Of a stretch of 61,359 nt of DNA, positions 25,237 to 34,622 are shown one piece after another. The position numbers were made by a program, and so were the translations under genes. The notes beneath the pieces were generated by a model, which was not told where the DNA came from, did no database searches, and saw nothing but the letters and a program-made list of their open reading frames with translations. Each line of letters begins with the position of its first letter. Within the stretch, counting starts at the first letter, position 1. Source of the DNA: a virus (taxonomy: Duplodnaviria; Caudoviricetes); the IMG/VR virus record IMGVR_UViG_3300037483_000835, positions 1 to 61,359 of that record, one strand, 5' to 3'.

Positions 25237-26064
25237 CTATGCGCCCGTGCCCGCCGGCTGAATGTCGTCATCGGTGAGAACGTGCAACAGACCCTTGCCT
25301 ACGCCATTCTCCCACGCCTGGAAAAGGTCCTTCTTGTGCGGCCGGGCCTTCGAGAGTGGGCAGGCAACGTAGTCCTTCAAAGACTCGTCGCAATATCCCA
25401 TCCGGTGCTCACCACACTTCGGCTGCATGACGGCTGCCAGCTCAGGGACGGCGCATCTAACCGCAGCGCGCATGAGACCCACCATGAAACGAATCTCCCA
25501 CTGTGCACGATGGCAAAGCCGAAGGTCACAGATGTGGAGTAGTTCCGCGAAGTTCACCATCACCTGGAAGTTTGTCGGCATGGCGTTCGGCAGGATGAAA
25601 CGAGCGTCCTCGTTCGGGATGCCAGATTCACAGGCGTCCTGGTAGAGGTTCTTGATGTCGACCATCAATGCGTTGTACTTGGCCGAAAGCCGGTCGTCTT
25701 CCTCCCAGCTCTTCGGCTTCACGAAGTCGAACTGGCCGTCGTTCTTGTACTTCACGTAGCGCTGGGACTGCTGCTCGAATGAGATGCCGATGCGATGCCG
25801 AACGAACTGATGCGAGAGGGCGCGAGACACGTTACTGATACCAAACCAGAAAACGACCTGCTCGAGAGGAGAGTTGTGACCCGTCGCCAGGCGGTCATTC
25901 ACGAACTGCTTGATGGTCTCGGGGGCAATTTTACCTTCGGCGATTTCCGACCACACCTCGCGCGGGGCCTTGGATGTATAACATGTACGGTAAGCTCCGT
26001 ACAGCTTCGACATCGGGTCCTTAGCCACGTCGATGAGAATCACGTCCATGTTCGTCATATTCAC
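25237..26064 (-). CDS. thyX: flavin-dependent thymidylate synthase
   Basis: GHNSPLEQ, SRALSHQFVRHR..SFEQQSQRY, EDARFILP, LRLCHRAQWEIR. Confidence 0.95.
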   Translation of the reverse strand: MNMTNMDVILIDVAKDPMSKLYGAYRTCYTSKAPREVWSEIAEGKIAPETIKQFVNDRLATGHNSPLEQVVFWFGISNVSRALSHQFVRHRIGISFEQQSQRYVKYKNDGQFDFVKPKSWEEDDRLSAKYNALMVDIKNLYQDACESGIPNEDARFILPNAMPTNFQVMVNFAELLHICDLRLCHRAQWEIRFMVGLMRAAVRCAVPELAAVMQPKCGEHRMGYCDESLKDYVACPLSKARPHKKDLFQAWENGVGKGLLHVLTDDDIQPAGTGA

Positions 26065-26291
26065 ACTCCCAAGATAAAGCTAGTGATACGGATAGCTGCG
26101 CGCTCGAACCACGGCTTGGGATAGGGTCGTGCCATCGCCCCGTCCATATCAACCGGCCATGCCTTAAATCCCACGAAGTCTCCACCTTGCTGGGGATAGT
26201 AGTGGGGCTCGCCCAGGTTTGGCCGTTCCATCTGAACGCCCACGACGCCCGCCTTCGTCTTTCGACACACACCCCTGTAAGGTCGACCCAT
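26061..26291 (-). CDS. hypothetical protein
   Basis: AGGAG RBS; stop overlaps the thyX start. Confidence 0.55.
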   Translation of the reverse strand: MGRPYRGVCRKTKAGVVGVQMERPNLGEPHYYPQQGGDFVGFKAWPVDMDGAMARPYPKPWFERAAIRITSFILGV

Positions 26292-26637
26292 GATGTTCTC
26301 CTAAACGGACTATACCATCCGAGACAGCTAGCGTCCATTCAGCGACTTACAACAGTCGATAGAATCCCGACAACACAACCTGTTTAGGATATACGGGTGA
26401 ACCTTGAGGTTCCCGATAAACATGACTCGGCCACAAACAAGGCACGTGCCCATGGGGTCGGCGCGAGTCTCGCCACGCGGTATAGGGTCCGGGAAATACT
26501 TACTACACTCCAGTGCAGCCAGCAACATCTCCATATTTCGAACACCATCGCGGAGGAGCGCCTCCACATGCTCATGCCACGTCTCTTTCGTCTCCTCGGT
26601 CATCGGAGGAGCCTCCCAGCGTACCATACAGCCCATA

Positions 26638-27000
26638 TTATGCCTCCTCGATGATGCGGTTCGCCTGGTCGACGAGACCTTGGGCAGCAACGAAGCGTGC
26701 GGCGCCATACCTTTCAATGATGGCGTGCGTAATAGCTAGCTGGTTCCGCCGACAGCGGAGCAGGTAAAGCACCCCCAAAAACATGCCGGCCAGGAGTACC
26801 GTCGAAGTGAACCACCCACCCATGGAACGGCCCAGGACGGTCGCCAATCCCCCAAACACACCGATGACACCCAGAACCTTGAGGCCCACCGTAAGACCCA
26901 AATCAAGCCCGGTCGTGGCCACCACCGCTAGAAGCGCGGCAGGGTCAACCGGCTGGCGCATCGTATAAGCCATCGCATCTGAGAGGTCGTCGTGGTCCAT
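26638..27000 (-). CDS. membrane protein
   Basis: 2-3 hydrophobic segments; promoter motif directly upstream. Confidence 0.6.
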   Translation of the reverse strand: MDHDDLSDAMAYTMRQPVDPAALLAVVATTGLDLGLTVGLKVLGVIGVFGGLATVLGRSMGGWFTSTVLLAGMFLGVLYLLRCRRNQLAITHAIIERYGAARFVAAQGLVDQANRIIEEA

Positions 27001-27110
27001 GCCTTACTATATCATCCGAAGAGGAGCTTCGGTAGTAGGCACTTTCGACGTAGAACGAAACGAGCCTCCGACCGAAAACAGGCCGAAGGCTCGTAAGTTA
27101 CTCTAAATTG

Positions 27111-27184
27111 TCAGGGTGGCTGGATTCGAACCAGCGGCCTTCCGGTTCCGGGCCGGAAGCTCTACCAGGCTGAGCTACACCCTG
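27111..27184 (-). tRNA. tRNA-Pro(CGG), atypical (C33, A37, no encoded CCA)
   Basis: Full cloverleaf: CAGGGTG/CACCCTG acceptor, GCTC/GAGC D-stem, TCCGG-CCCGGAA-CCGGA anticodon arm, GCTGG-TTCGAAT-CCAGC T-arm; C1:G72 and A73 as in tRNA-Pro. Confidence 0.9.
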
Positions 27185-27280
27185 AAAGATTTACACGCGA
27201 GGCTTCGGGCTAGCGCCCGTGCCGCGTGGCTTTCGTGGGGTGTGGACAACCTGCATCATCGTAACGCCTAGATTACCGCT

Positions 27281-27832
27281 CTAGTAGATGTCCCGCCAGT
27301 TGAAGTAATCACGACGACCCGGGAAATGACCTTCCCAGTCCTCGTTGATGGTCTCCGAGCCCAGGAGCTGGTGGGTGTAGCGGCGGGCACCACGGTTGGC
27401 AGTGACACGTTCCCACTTCTTTCGAGAGCCGGCGTAGGGCTTCGCCTGGTAGGGGTGCCAAGCACAGACTGGGACGATAGTCTCAGCCTCGAGACGGTCC
27501 ACCTCGTGGTCCCAGGCCCATGCCTCCCAGGTCTTCATCGAGCGACCGGGCAGGGTGACAGGTCTGTAGTCCGTCATATTAGGGACCCAGCGCGGATACT
27601 GCTTATGGGTCAGACCCTTGCAATGAACCGTTCTGTAGGTGGGCTCCGGGCAAGGACCGAATTCGGCTACGACCTGGGCACGCACGTCATCATGGACACG
27701 ACGCCAGCTATAACCGCGGGCGCCATCCGTGATTTTGTACGCACGCATCGAACTGCGCTTCCCGGGAAGGGGAAGGTGACGACAACGGTAGGTTCTGGAC
27801 ATGACAAGCGCCTCCTTAGCGCTAATATACAC
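27281..27832 (-). CDS. basic hypothetical protein
   Basis: 183-aa ORF; likely start MSRTYR after AAGGAGG. Confidence 0.6.
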   Translation of the reverse strand: MYISAKEALVMSRTYRCRHLPLPGKRSSMRAYKITDGARGYSWRRVHDDVRAQVVAEFGPCPEPTYRTVHCKGLTHKQYPRWVPNMTDYRPVTLPGRSMKTWEAWAWDHEVDRLEAETIVPVCAWHPYQAKPYAGSRKKWERVTANRGARRYTHQLLGSETINEDWEGHFPGRRDYFNWRDIY

Positions 27833-27854
27833 TAGTCATGACCGCCCCTTTCTT

Positions 27855-27881
27855 AAAGAAAGGCCCGGTGTTACCCGGGCC
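27855..27881 (-). terminator. intrinsic terminator
   Basis: GGCCCGG-loop-CCGGGCC followed by TTTCTTT. Confidence 0.7.
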
Positions 27882-27920
27882 AATCGTCGTATGACTGCTC
27901 GCCGACTCGATGTCGTATGA

Positions 27921-28082
27921 TTACGCCTGGACCGGGGCTGGTGCCACCGGGACCACGTCGACCTTGCGCTCACGAGCAGGGCGACACTCCTTGCAGAATG
28001 CGCGCGGACGCCCGCGGCCCTTGCTCTGCTCGAACTCCTTGCCGCACTTCTTGCAAATCGCCTTCTTCGTCTCGTTCTCCAT
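27921..28082 (-). CDS. 53-aa zinc-ribbon protein with AT-hook-like GRGRPR (not in ORF track)
   Basis: AAGGAG RBS; MENETKKAICKKCGKEFEQSKGRGRPRAFCKECRP...; followed by a terminator. Confidence 0.7.
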   Translation of the reverse strand: MENETKKAICKKCGKEFEQSKGRGRPRAFCKECRPARERKVDVVPVAPAPVQA

Positions 28083-28179
28083 ATCACTGCTCCTTTCTAC
28101 GGTGTAGATTACTGCTCGGAATTCAGTTTGTCAACCACACAAACTACTATATCACGACGGGAAGAGTTTCGACAGAAAC

Positions 28180-28437
28180 CTACCAGGCAACTCCGAAAAG
28201 TCTAGTCTTAGTGATCGACTCATCCGTCGCTCGCACCACGTGGTCCCTGATGAGGACCATCAACGCCGGCATCAACTTTTTTCGACACCCAGAACAAATA
28301 TCCCACCGCTCCTTGAACGAAAGGGAATTACCCGCATCATCAACCTTCGTGTATCCCATAGTAACTTCTAGGTGCCGATTCGACGAATGGTCCTCTATCG
28401 GATCGTTACAACGGTCGCAGTTCACGGTTACGCTCAT
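28180..28437 (-). CDS. zinc-binding hypothetical protein
   Basis: CDRC..DICSGC; GGGAG RBS. Confidence 0.7.
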   Translation of the reverse strand: MSVTVNCDRCNDPIEDHSSNRHLEVTMGYTKVDDAGNSLSFKERWDICSGCRKKLMPALMVLIRDHVVRATDESITKTRLFGVAW

Positions 28438-28481
28438 CGTTTTCTCCCTAGTTCTACGAGTAGTCCTGCATAGTCTACATC

Positions 28482-28500
28482 CTACTATATCACGACGGGA
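28482..28500 (-). promoter_or_regulatory. phage promoter motif GTGATATAGTAG (representative copy)
   Basis: 19-bp exact repeat with 28144-28162; related copies at about 12 intergenic sites. Confidence 0.75.
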
Positions 28501-28509
28501 GGGTCGTTC

Positions 28510-28540
28510 AAAAGAAAAGGCCCCGCCGGAGCAGGGCCTT
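28510..28540 (-). terminator. terminator after the major capsid gene
   Basis: AAGGCCCTGC-loop-GCGGGGCCTT followed by TTCTTTT. Confidence 0.8.
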
Positions 28541-28566
28541 CAGAAACTTCGAGTTACTTCAGCCTG

Positions 28567-29988
28567 TTACAGAGCGCCGACGAGGCTGTCGATAAGCGCG
28601 TTCTTCCTGGGCTGGAACACGGCCAGCGTCAGGAACCGGAAGTGAGCCTCCGGCTGCGTAAGCTGGGTCACGGCCAGCTTGAGGCGCGAATACGGGGCCA
28701 GCTCTTTGAGAGCAGCAGTATCCGTCTGGAGCAGGTAGCCGGTCACGAAACCAGGGAGCTTATTCCCGAGGTCCGAGAACGCCGTGGTGCCCGAGATGGC
28801 GCTAACCACGCGACCGATGAACCGACAAGCCGCAGGGTTGCTGATGCTCGCGCGGTACACGTTGAAATACTGCGTGCCCGCCGGAGCGGCCGTGATAACC
28901 AGCGCAACGCTACCCACGCTGCCCGAAGCGACGTTCGCCGCGGAGCTGATGACCGAGGGGCTACCTTCGCCGGCCGCGTTACAAGCCGTCACGACGTAGT
29001 AGTAGTTGCCGGTCGCGAGAGAGCCACCCGTGGTGGACCCGGTCGCCGAGGTGATGGCGGCCTGCGCGGGAGCCTGCGGACGGGTACGAGCCCAGGTCGT
29101 CTTGCCGGAGAGGAAACGGCTCGACTCGATGGTCACAACGCCGTTCGACACGTGCTGACGCCGAAGGTCGGCACCAGTAGAGTCGGCAGTGCCGCCCTGA
29201 TTCACGAACACGCGCTGAATCGTATTCGCGCCGAACTGACCGATGACGGTCTTGTTGTACGCGCTAAGAACCAGCGGGTCCACCAGGAGACGGTCGGCCT
29301 CGCCGAGGTTCATCTGACTACGGACGTGCGAGTCTTCAACGTTGTACGGCGTGAGGAAGCCGCCGCCGTAGAGAACGACGCTCAGGTTCGAGCCGTACTC
29401 GTCGAACATCAGGTCCTTAGCATTCGTCTGGAAGTCCGATGCGCGAATCTGAGGGTCGAGACCCAGCATGTTCGGCAGGTTCGGAATAACCAGCGGGTTG
29501 CCGTCGAAGATACCGGCGTTGGAGAAGTCAGCCTTGCCGCGGAACACATCGAATTCCACGTCGCCAGCTAGCTTCTTCGCAGCGTCTTCAGCAGCGCGCT
29601 CGTCGCTCTTCTTGCCATCAACAGTCGCCACGAGGGTCGACACGACGGTGACAGTACGAGTATGCGAGTAGAACGCCATCGGAACAACAACACGCACGTA
29701 GTCGGAAGTCTCTTCCATTCCGACAGCGCCTTCGAGCTGAGCCGACCCGCCGAAGTTACCGTAGCTGAGCTGACGGTCGAACTGCGCGAGGGTGGACTTC
29801 ACACTCTCAACCTTCAGGACCTTCTGAAGCTTGATGTGCTTCTCGCTATAAGTCACGTTTTGCATGACCGGCGAGAGGTCCTCGATTTGCAGAGCCGAGC
29901 CCTGAACGAGGGTGGACGGAGCTGCGTTATACTGGCCAGCTTCGAGGGCCTTAACCAGACCCTGGAGGTTTTCGACGAGGGAGTTCAT
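28567..29988 (-). CDS. major capsid protein (Herelleviridae-like HK97 fold)
   Basis: N-terminus LVKALEAG...GSALQIEDL and EDA..KLA..VEF..F.G resemble Twort/K/A511-type capsid proteins; strong codon bias; follows the scaffold gene. Confidence 0.88.
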   Translation of the reverse strand: MNSLVENLQGLVKALEAGQYNAAPSTLVQGSALQIEDLSPVMQNVTYSEKHIKLQKVLKVESVKSTLAQFDRQLSYGNFGGSAQLEGAVGMEETSDYVRVVVPMAFYSHTRTVTVVSTLVATVDGKKSDERAAEDAAKKLAGDVEFDVFRGKADFSNAGIFDGNPLVIPNLPNMLGLDPQIRASDFQTNAKDLMFDEYGSNLSVVLYGGGFLTPYNVEDSHVRSQMNLGEADRLLVDPLVLSAYNKTVIGQFGANTIQRVFVNQGGTADSTGADLRRQHVSNGVVTIESSRFLSGKTTWARTRPQAPAQAAITSATGSTTGGSLATGNYYYVVTACNAAGEGSPSVISSAANVASGSVGSVALVITAAPAGTQYFNVYRASISNPAACRFIGRVVSAISGTTAFSDLGNKLPGFVTGYLLQTDTAALKELAPYSRLKLAVTQLTQPEAHFRFLTLAVFQPRKNALIDSLVGAL

Positions 29989-30018
29989 TGTTTTTCTCCG
30001 GTTCCTTGTGAAAGGTTA

Positions 30019-31101
30019 TTACTTCTTTTCCGTGAAGATGACCGACAGGTCATCCACACCGATTCGACGGCAGTAGAAGTCGGTAACGAGGTCGCGCTCT
30101 TTCTTCGACAGCTCAGAGTCAGGCATCGTCATCTTCTTCAGCTCGGCGTGCAGAGCCGCCGGGTTCGCCTTCAGGGTTGCGAAGTCGGGCCTGGCAGTAG
30201 GCTCGCTCTTCTTTAGGTCGCCCTGATAGGGGATAATATTGAGACCATTGATAGCCTTGCGCTTCGGCATCGTAAGAACTGCCGTAAGAGCTTCGGTCAC
30301 CTTACCGAGGTCGTCTTGAGTCTTCTTCAGTTCAGCCGCGAAGTAGGACTCGGACTTGCCCATCGGGGGCATACCGGGACTCGGAGGAGCTGACGGAGGA
30401 GCGCCCATTCCAGGACTCGGAGGAGCCGAGGGAGGCATTCCACCACCACCACCCGGAGGCATCCCGGCATCCGGAGGAGCGCCCATCCCTGGGGCCCCAC
30501 CTGGAGCACCGCCGGCTGCGCCTTGAGCAGCTTGCTCGATGGCCATCATGTGAGCCTGGAGGTCCTCGGGAGGAAGCTGGGAGTACATCTGAACCAGCTC
30601 TTCGAAGGAGGGGCCAGCCGCAGGAGCTTGCGCTTGAGCGTCGGGCGGAGCGCCTTCAGCCGGAGGAGCGCCCGAAGGGTCGCCTTCGCCAGGCATACCG
30701 GCAGAAGCACTACCTTCCATGGGCGGCCCACCAGCATCAGCACTAGGCGAACCACCAGCGGACGGAGGCGAGCCCTCGTCTCCCGCGGAGGGGCTAGCCT
30801 TGGTCATCTTGGTAGGAAGCATCCCACCACCACTGGAGCTGGTCTCGCCCTTGTTGATGGTTTGCGGGTCAGAGGTAGCGACATGTTCGCCGCTGCCCTT
30901 CGCGCCGCCTTCCTTGATGGTCTGGCCGTCACTGGTAGCGACGGTTTCAGAACCGTTAGACTTAGCGAGGGGCTTGCCCATCGCCTCTTCGTTCTTCAGG
31001 ATGGCCTTGAGCGAATTGCCAACTTCAGCAACTAGCGCCATCACGTCATCGCCCGGAGTCATGAAGCCGGGCTGAACATTAACCTTGGGAGCCATTTTCA
31101 T
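30019..31101 (-). CDS. capsid scaffolding protein
   Basis: Immediately upstream of the capsid gene; Pro/Gly/Met low complexity; many x-x-K-S/G-E sites. Confidence 0.75.
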   Translation of the reverse strand: MKMAPKVNVQPGFMTPGDDVMALVAEVGNSLKAILKNEEAMGKPLAKSNGSETVATSDGQTIKEGGAKGSGEHVATSDPQTINKGETSSSGGGMLPTKMTKASPSAGDEGSPPSAGGSPSADAGGPPMEGSASAGMPGEGDPSGAPPAEGAPPDAQAQAPAAGPSFEELVQMYSQLPPEDLQAHMMAIEQAAQGAAGGAPGGAPGMGAPPDAGMPPGGGGGMPPSAPPSPGMGAPPSAPPSPGMPPMGKSESYFAAELKKTQDDLGKVTEALTAVLTMPKRKAINGLNIIPYQGDLKKSEPTARPDFATLKANPAALHAELKKMTMPDSELSKKERDLVTDFYCRRIGVDDLSVIFTEKK

Positions 31102-31126
31102 ATGTCCTTTCTATGGACCCCGAGAA

Positions 31127-31612
31127 TTACAGGTTGCTCAGCGTGCCGTTGCGAAGATCGATATTGTCAACCGAAGCGCGCAGGGTGGCAGCGCCGGGGG
31201 TGGCCTGGAAGGGGAAGTCGGCGATGGCGATATTGCTGCCGGCAGCCGTCTCCGAGTAGAAATCGACGTGAGTACCGAGCGACAGAACCTTCCAGTCGAC
31301 GATAGCCCGCTCCTTCTCCGTGGTGCCTGCCGAGAAGGGCGTGGTGATGTCGTAGAGGATGGCGGCGATGTGGGGAGTATAAACAGTCTGCGTAAGACCG
31401 AGGCTGTCGACAGCACCGCTCGCGGGAGGTGCGGCGGGGCGGAGGCTGATGAGAGCCTTGACCGAGTTGTTACCACCGGCTGCGAGAGCGACCGTGACAT
31501 ACACGTCAGTGTTGCTATCGAACGCGATAGAAACGGTGTAGAGAGAACCGAGAACCATGCTGAGGGTATCAGCAATGTCCTGGGCCCAGCGCTGGCACTT
31601 TTGATTAGTCAT
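31127..31612 (-). CDS. virion structural protein (possible capsid decoration)
   Basis: Shares DSLGL.Q.VYTPHI with 32021..33148; lies in the head cluster. Confidence 0.6.
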   Translation of the reverse strand: MTNQKCQRWAQDIADTLSMVLGSLYTVSIAFDSNTDVYVTVALAAGGNNSVKALISLRPAAPPASGAVDSLGLTQTVYTPHIAAILYDITTPFSAGTTEKERAIVDWKVLSLGTHVDFYSETAAGSNIAIADFPFQATPGAATLRASVDNIDLRNGTLSNL

Positions 31613-31724
31613 GACCTTATATTCTCCTGGTAGACGGGAAATTGTCTGTGTACTTCTGGTCTAATGGTCAGATTAACGTCGTTACTCACGAACAGGTTTC
31701 ATCAAAAGACCTAATCTTAGTTCC

Positions 31725-31997
31725 ATGACCAGATGCCCTACTTGCAGAAAGAGAAAGTCGCTCGACACCAACGGACAATGCAGAGCGTGTAATAAGTCCA
31801 TGGGCCTAAAACGATGTCGTGGTCCATGCGGAGAACTGCTACCGTACCTAATCAGCTTTTATAGGCAGGGATCACAGTGCAAACGGTGCTACGCTGAATA
31901 TTACCTAAAGCACCGCGACGAAAGGCTCCGCTACCAGCAGAAATACGACGCCACAAAGCTGAAGCCGCCCTCCCGTAATGGGAACGCGGCTTCGTGA
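31725..31997 (+). CDS. multi-zinc-finger protein
   Basis: CPTC, CRAC, CRGPC, CKRC. Confidence 0.6.
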   Translation: MTRCPTCRKRKSLDTNGQCRACNKSMGLKRCRGPCGELLPYLISFYRQGSQCKRCYAEYYLKHRDERLRYQQKYDATKLKPPSRNGNAAS

Positions 31998-32020
31998 CTC
32001 CTCGTACTGTGGTACGTGAG

Positions 32021-33148
32021 TTATACCTGAGCTAGAATACCCCACGGGATATTACGTAGCACTGTCTTCAGAAGCGCGCCGTTAACCAGGTCGCTCTCCA
32101 CAATACCCGCCTTCTCGTAAATGAGCAGCGCGGTTCCTGTTGGGGAACACTCAGCGACGAGGATGTCTCGCAGCGTGGTGCTGGTTCCAGCCGCCGTAGC
32201 GTTCGTGCCACCAGAAAGAGTCGCGGTAGCGACCGTCATTCCGCCACCAGTCTCCGTAACCGGAATCGCATTACCGGAAACACCTACCGAGACAGCTCTG
32301 ATAGTTACAACCGCCAGAGCGGAGGTAGCCGTCACGACACCCACGATACCGGCAGTAGCCGAGGCAGCGATAGCAGCGGCCAGATTCACAGCGCTGGCAG
32401 TGAGGTCGAGAGCGCCGCCCAGCAGAGTTGCCGCACCCCATGTGGCAACGCCATCGTTGGTGGTCGTTCCGTAAACGTTCCCGGCCGTCCCCTTCTTGAT
32501 AGCGGTAACGGTAACGGTAGAATCCACGCCCACTCCACCAAGAGTGGCTACGGCCGTGACTTGGGTATTGAGAGTGCCGTTCGCGGTAATCGCAGCGGCG
32601 ATAGCGGTTGCCGAAGTGTCGTCATTTGCGCCTGCGGCAAAATCGACGCCCTCAGTCAAAACCGTTCCGTTGATGGTGACTGTGCTGCCGGCACCAAAAG
32701 CGGTGTCTGCGCCGCCGCCGATGGTCAGTACACCGGTAGCTTGCGTGCCGACCAGGTTCCACTGGTCTCCCGCAGCACCCGTATCAACCGCCGTGAAATT
32801 GTGACTGTTTACGGTGAGCAAATCACCGGAAGTCAAATCAGCAAGCAACGTAGCGGTGTCGCTGGCGGCAGTACCAGGCGCTCCCGCGTCGATGCCTAGC
32901 TTGGTGATATGTGGCGTGTAAACACTCTGGGCCAGACCAAGACTGTCGAGGGCGCCGCTAGCCTGAGCGGACTGGACCTCAAACTTCACGAGAGCGCTAG
33001 AACCCGGAGCAGACGTGACAGTGAGGTAGAGGTCGCCGCTGGCGTCATGCGCCGAGACAACCGGGAACGGATTCGCGGCCGAAGCGAGCCGTAGAATAAG
33101 GTCGTCGGTCAGTGCGCGGCCGAGCCGCTCGATTTTAATATTTGTCAA
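32021..33148 (-). CDS. virion structural/decoration protein with nested beta-rich domains
   Basis: Paralog of 31127..31612 with an Ala/Thr/Gly-rich insert; AAGGAG RBS, TTG start. Confidence 0.65.
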   Translation of the reverse strand: MTNIKIERLGRALTDDLILRLASAANPFPVVSAHDASGDLYLTVTSAPGSSALVKFEVQSAQASGALDSLGLAQSVYTPHITKLGIDAGAPGTAASDTATLLADLTSGDLLTVNSHNFTAVDTGAAGDQWNLVGTQATGVLTIGGGADTAFGAGSTVTINGTVLTEGVDFAAGANDDTSATAIAAAITANGTLNTQVTAVATLGGVGVDSTVTVTAIKKGTAGNVYGTTTNDGVATWGAATLLGGALDLTASAVNLAAAIAASATAGIVGVVTATSALAVVTIRAVSVGVSGNAIPVTETGGGMTVATATLSGGTNATAAGTSTTLRDILVAECSPTGTALLIYEKAGIVESDLVNGALLKTVLRNIPWGILAQV

Positions 33149-33171
33149 GGGAGTTCTCCTTGAACGCTAGA

Positions 33172-34116
33172 TTAGCGCTCGAAAGAGACCCAGCCCTCAT
33201 CCGAAAGACGAATACTCTTCGCCAACGCAGCTCGGGCCGTGAAACCGTACTGACGAGGAGCGACTAGGTCTCCGTACCATTCGATGAGCTGTTCCATTTT
33301 CATGAACGCTGCCCCATCCGGAGATAGACCAGCACTATTGGCGAGAAAGAAGACCGGAACGGGTCTGGCTCTATTATCGTGAACGAGTACCATCGGCGCT
33401 TCGGATTTCCCCATCCAAGACTGGGACGCGGTTCGAATCTGCATCGGCGATGTACCAGGCGGTACAGCCTGCTTCAAACCAGGAGGCAGGCCCTCGGGCT
33501 CCTTCGAAACAGGCACTTCACCAACAGAACCAGCCAAAAGAGAATGAGCGTGGGTCTGAGCCTGACCTGGAAGATAGCCAGCCCGTTTCTTTGCCGTCTT
33601 AGCGTGGATAAGAGCCTGCTCCGCATGTTCAGGATTATGACCGAATCCGATGCTCCCCGAATGGAAGTGTTGGCCCATCACGGGAGGTAGAGCCTCCAGC
33701 TCTGAACGCGCAGCGCGAGCGAAGGAATATGCTTGTTCGGGTGTGTCAAAGTGGGCGCGAAATTCATCCCCGCCGACTCGGAACAGCTTCCCTTTATTTA
33801 CCCGAGAAGCACGAGACAAAGCACCGCCCATCGCTTTGATAGCCTCGTCGCCAACCGACTGGCCCCACTTTTTGTTGATGGTCCCGAAATCGTTCGCATC
33901 GAACATTACATGCACGCCCTTACGAGGGCGGCTCTGGAAGTCTTCCCAGGCTAGCTTGTTACCAACGCCCTTAACCATCGAATCGGAGAACAGACGCTGA
34001 GCCAAGAAACGAGCAGAATCTGGAGCAACGGAGCGCATGGCAGCAAGGTGCTGGGCGAGTTCAGGTTCGACCTTGGAAAGCGGCATCTCGTGAATCTTCA
34101 CGCTAAAATCAGCCAT
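33172..34116 (-). CDS. GGDEF diguanylate-cyclase domain protein
   Basis: FDANDFGTINKKWGQSVGDEAI, FRVGGDEF, SIG. Confidence 0.9.
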   Translation of the reverse strand: MADFSVKIHEMPLSKVEPELAQHLAAMRSVAPDSARFLAQRLFSDSMVKGVGNKLAWEDFQSRPRKGVHVMFDANDFGTINKKWGQSVGDEAIKAMGGALSRASRVNKGKLFRVGGDEFRAHFDTPEQAYSFARAARSELEALPPVMGQHFHSGSIGFGHNPEHAEQALIHAKTAKKRAGYLPGQAQTHAHSLLAGSVGEVPVSKEPEGLPPGLKQAVPPGTSPMQIRTASQSWMGKSEAPMVLVHDNRARPVPVFFLANSAGLSPDGAAFMKMEQLIEWYGDLVAPRQYGFTARAALAKSIRLSDEGWVSFER

Positions 34117-34305
34117 TACAAGTCCCTTGGTACCGGGTCACCCGGGAAAATCTTCTCAGTGCCAGGCAGTGGCTCCACGCATGTGTTATCGGCTGCGACC
34201 TGAGCCATCCTAACCTCGAGTCTCCCTAGAGTCGTCTTGTGGCCCGCGTAGACACCCAAGAAAAACACAACGAAGAGAAGAATTGCCACGTAAATCAGAC
34301 GCATA
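34116..34305 (-). CDS. small membrane-anchored protein
   Basis: MRLIYVAILLFVVFFLGVYAG hydrophobic N-terminus; start approximate. Confidence 0.5.
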
Positions 34306-34308
34306 TTG

Positions 34309-34620
34309 CTACTCCTGGGGCCACGATTCACTACCCAACTCCAGCTCAGGCACAAGGTCCGCTCTTTTGCCTTGATTCAAGTCATCCTCTTTTACAAGCT
34401 CCCAGTAGGCAGACTGTCCGTTCTCCATGGACTGCATTCGGCGCAACTCACGGCCCGTTACCGGTCCCGATGGAAACATACCTTCCAAGGCACCGTCGTG
34501 GTCCTCCATTATCGTAAGGTCGCCACCGTGAATGGCGAAGCGACCCATAAGACGGTGCGTCTCGCCCTTCTCACCTTGCAGCTTACGGTAGAGCAACCAA
34601 ATACCTGGTTCAAGTGCCAT
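34309..34620 (-). CDS. hypothetical protein in the head module
   Basis: AAGGA RBS, directly after the protease polyprotein. Confidence 0.65.
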   Translation of the reverse strand: MALEPGIWLLYRKLQGEKGETHRLMGRFAIHGGDLTIMEDHDGALEGMFPSGPVTGRELRRMQSMENGQSAYWELVKEDDLNQGKRADLVPELELGSESWPQE

Positions 34621-34622
34621 GA

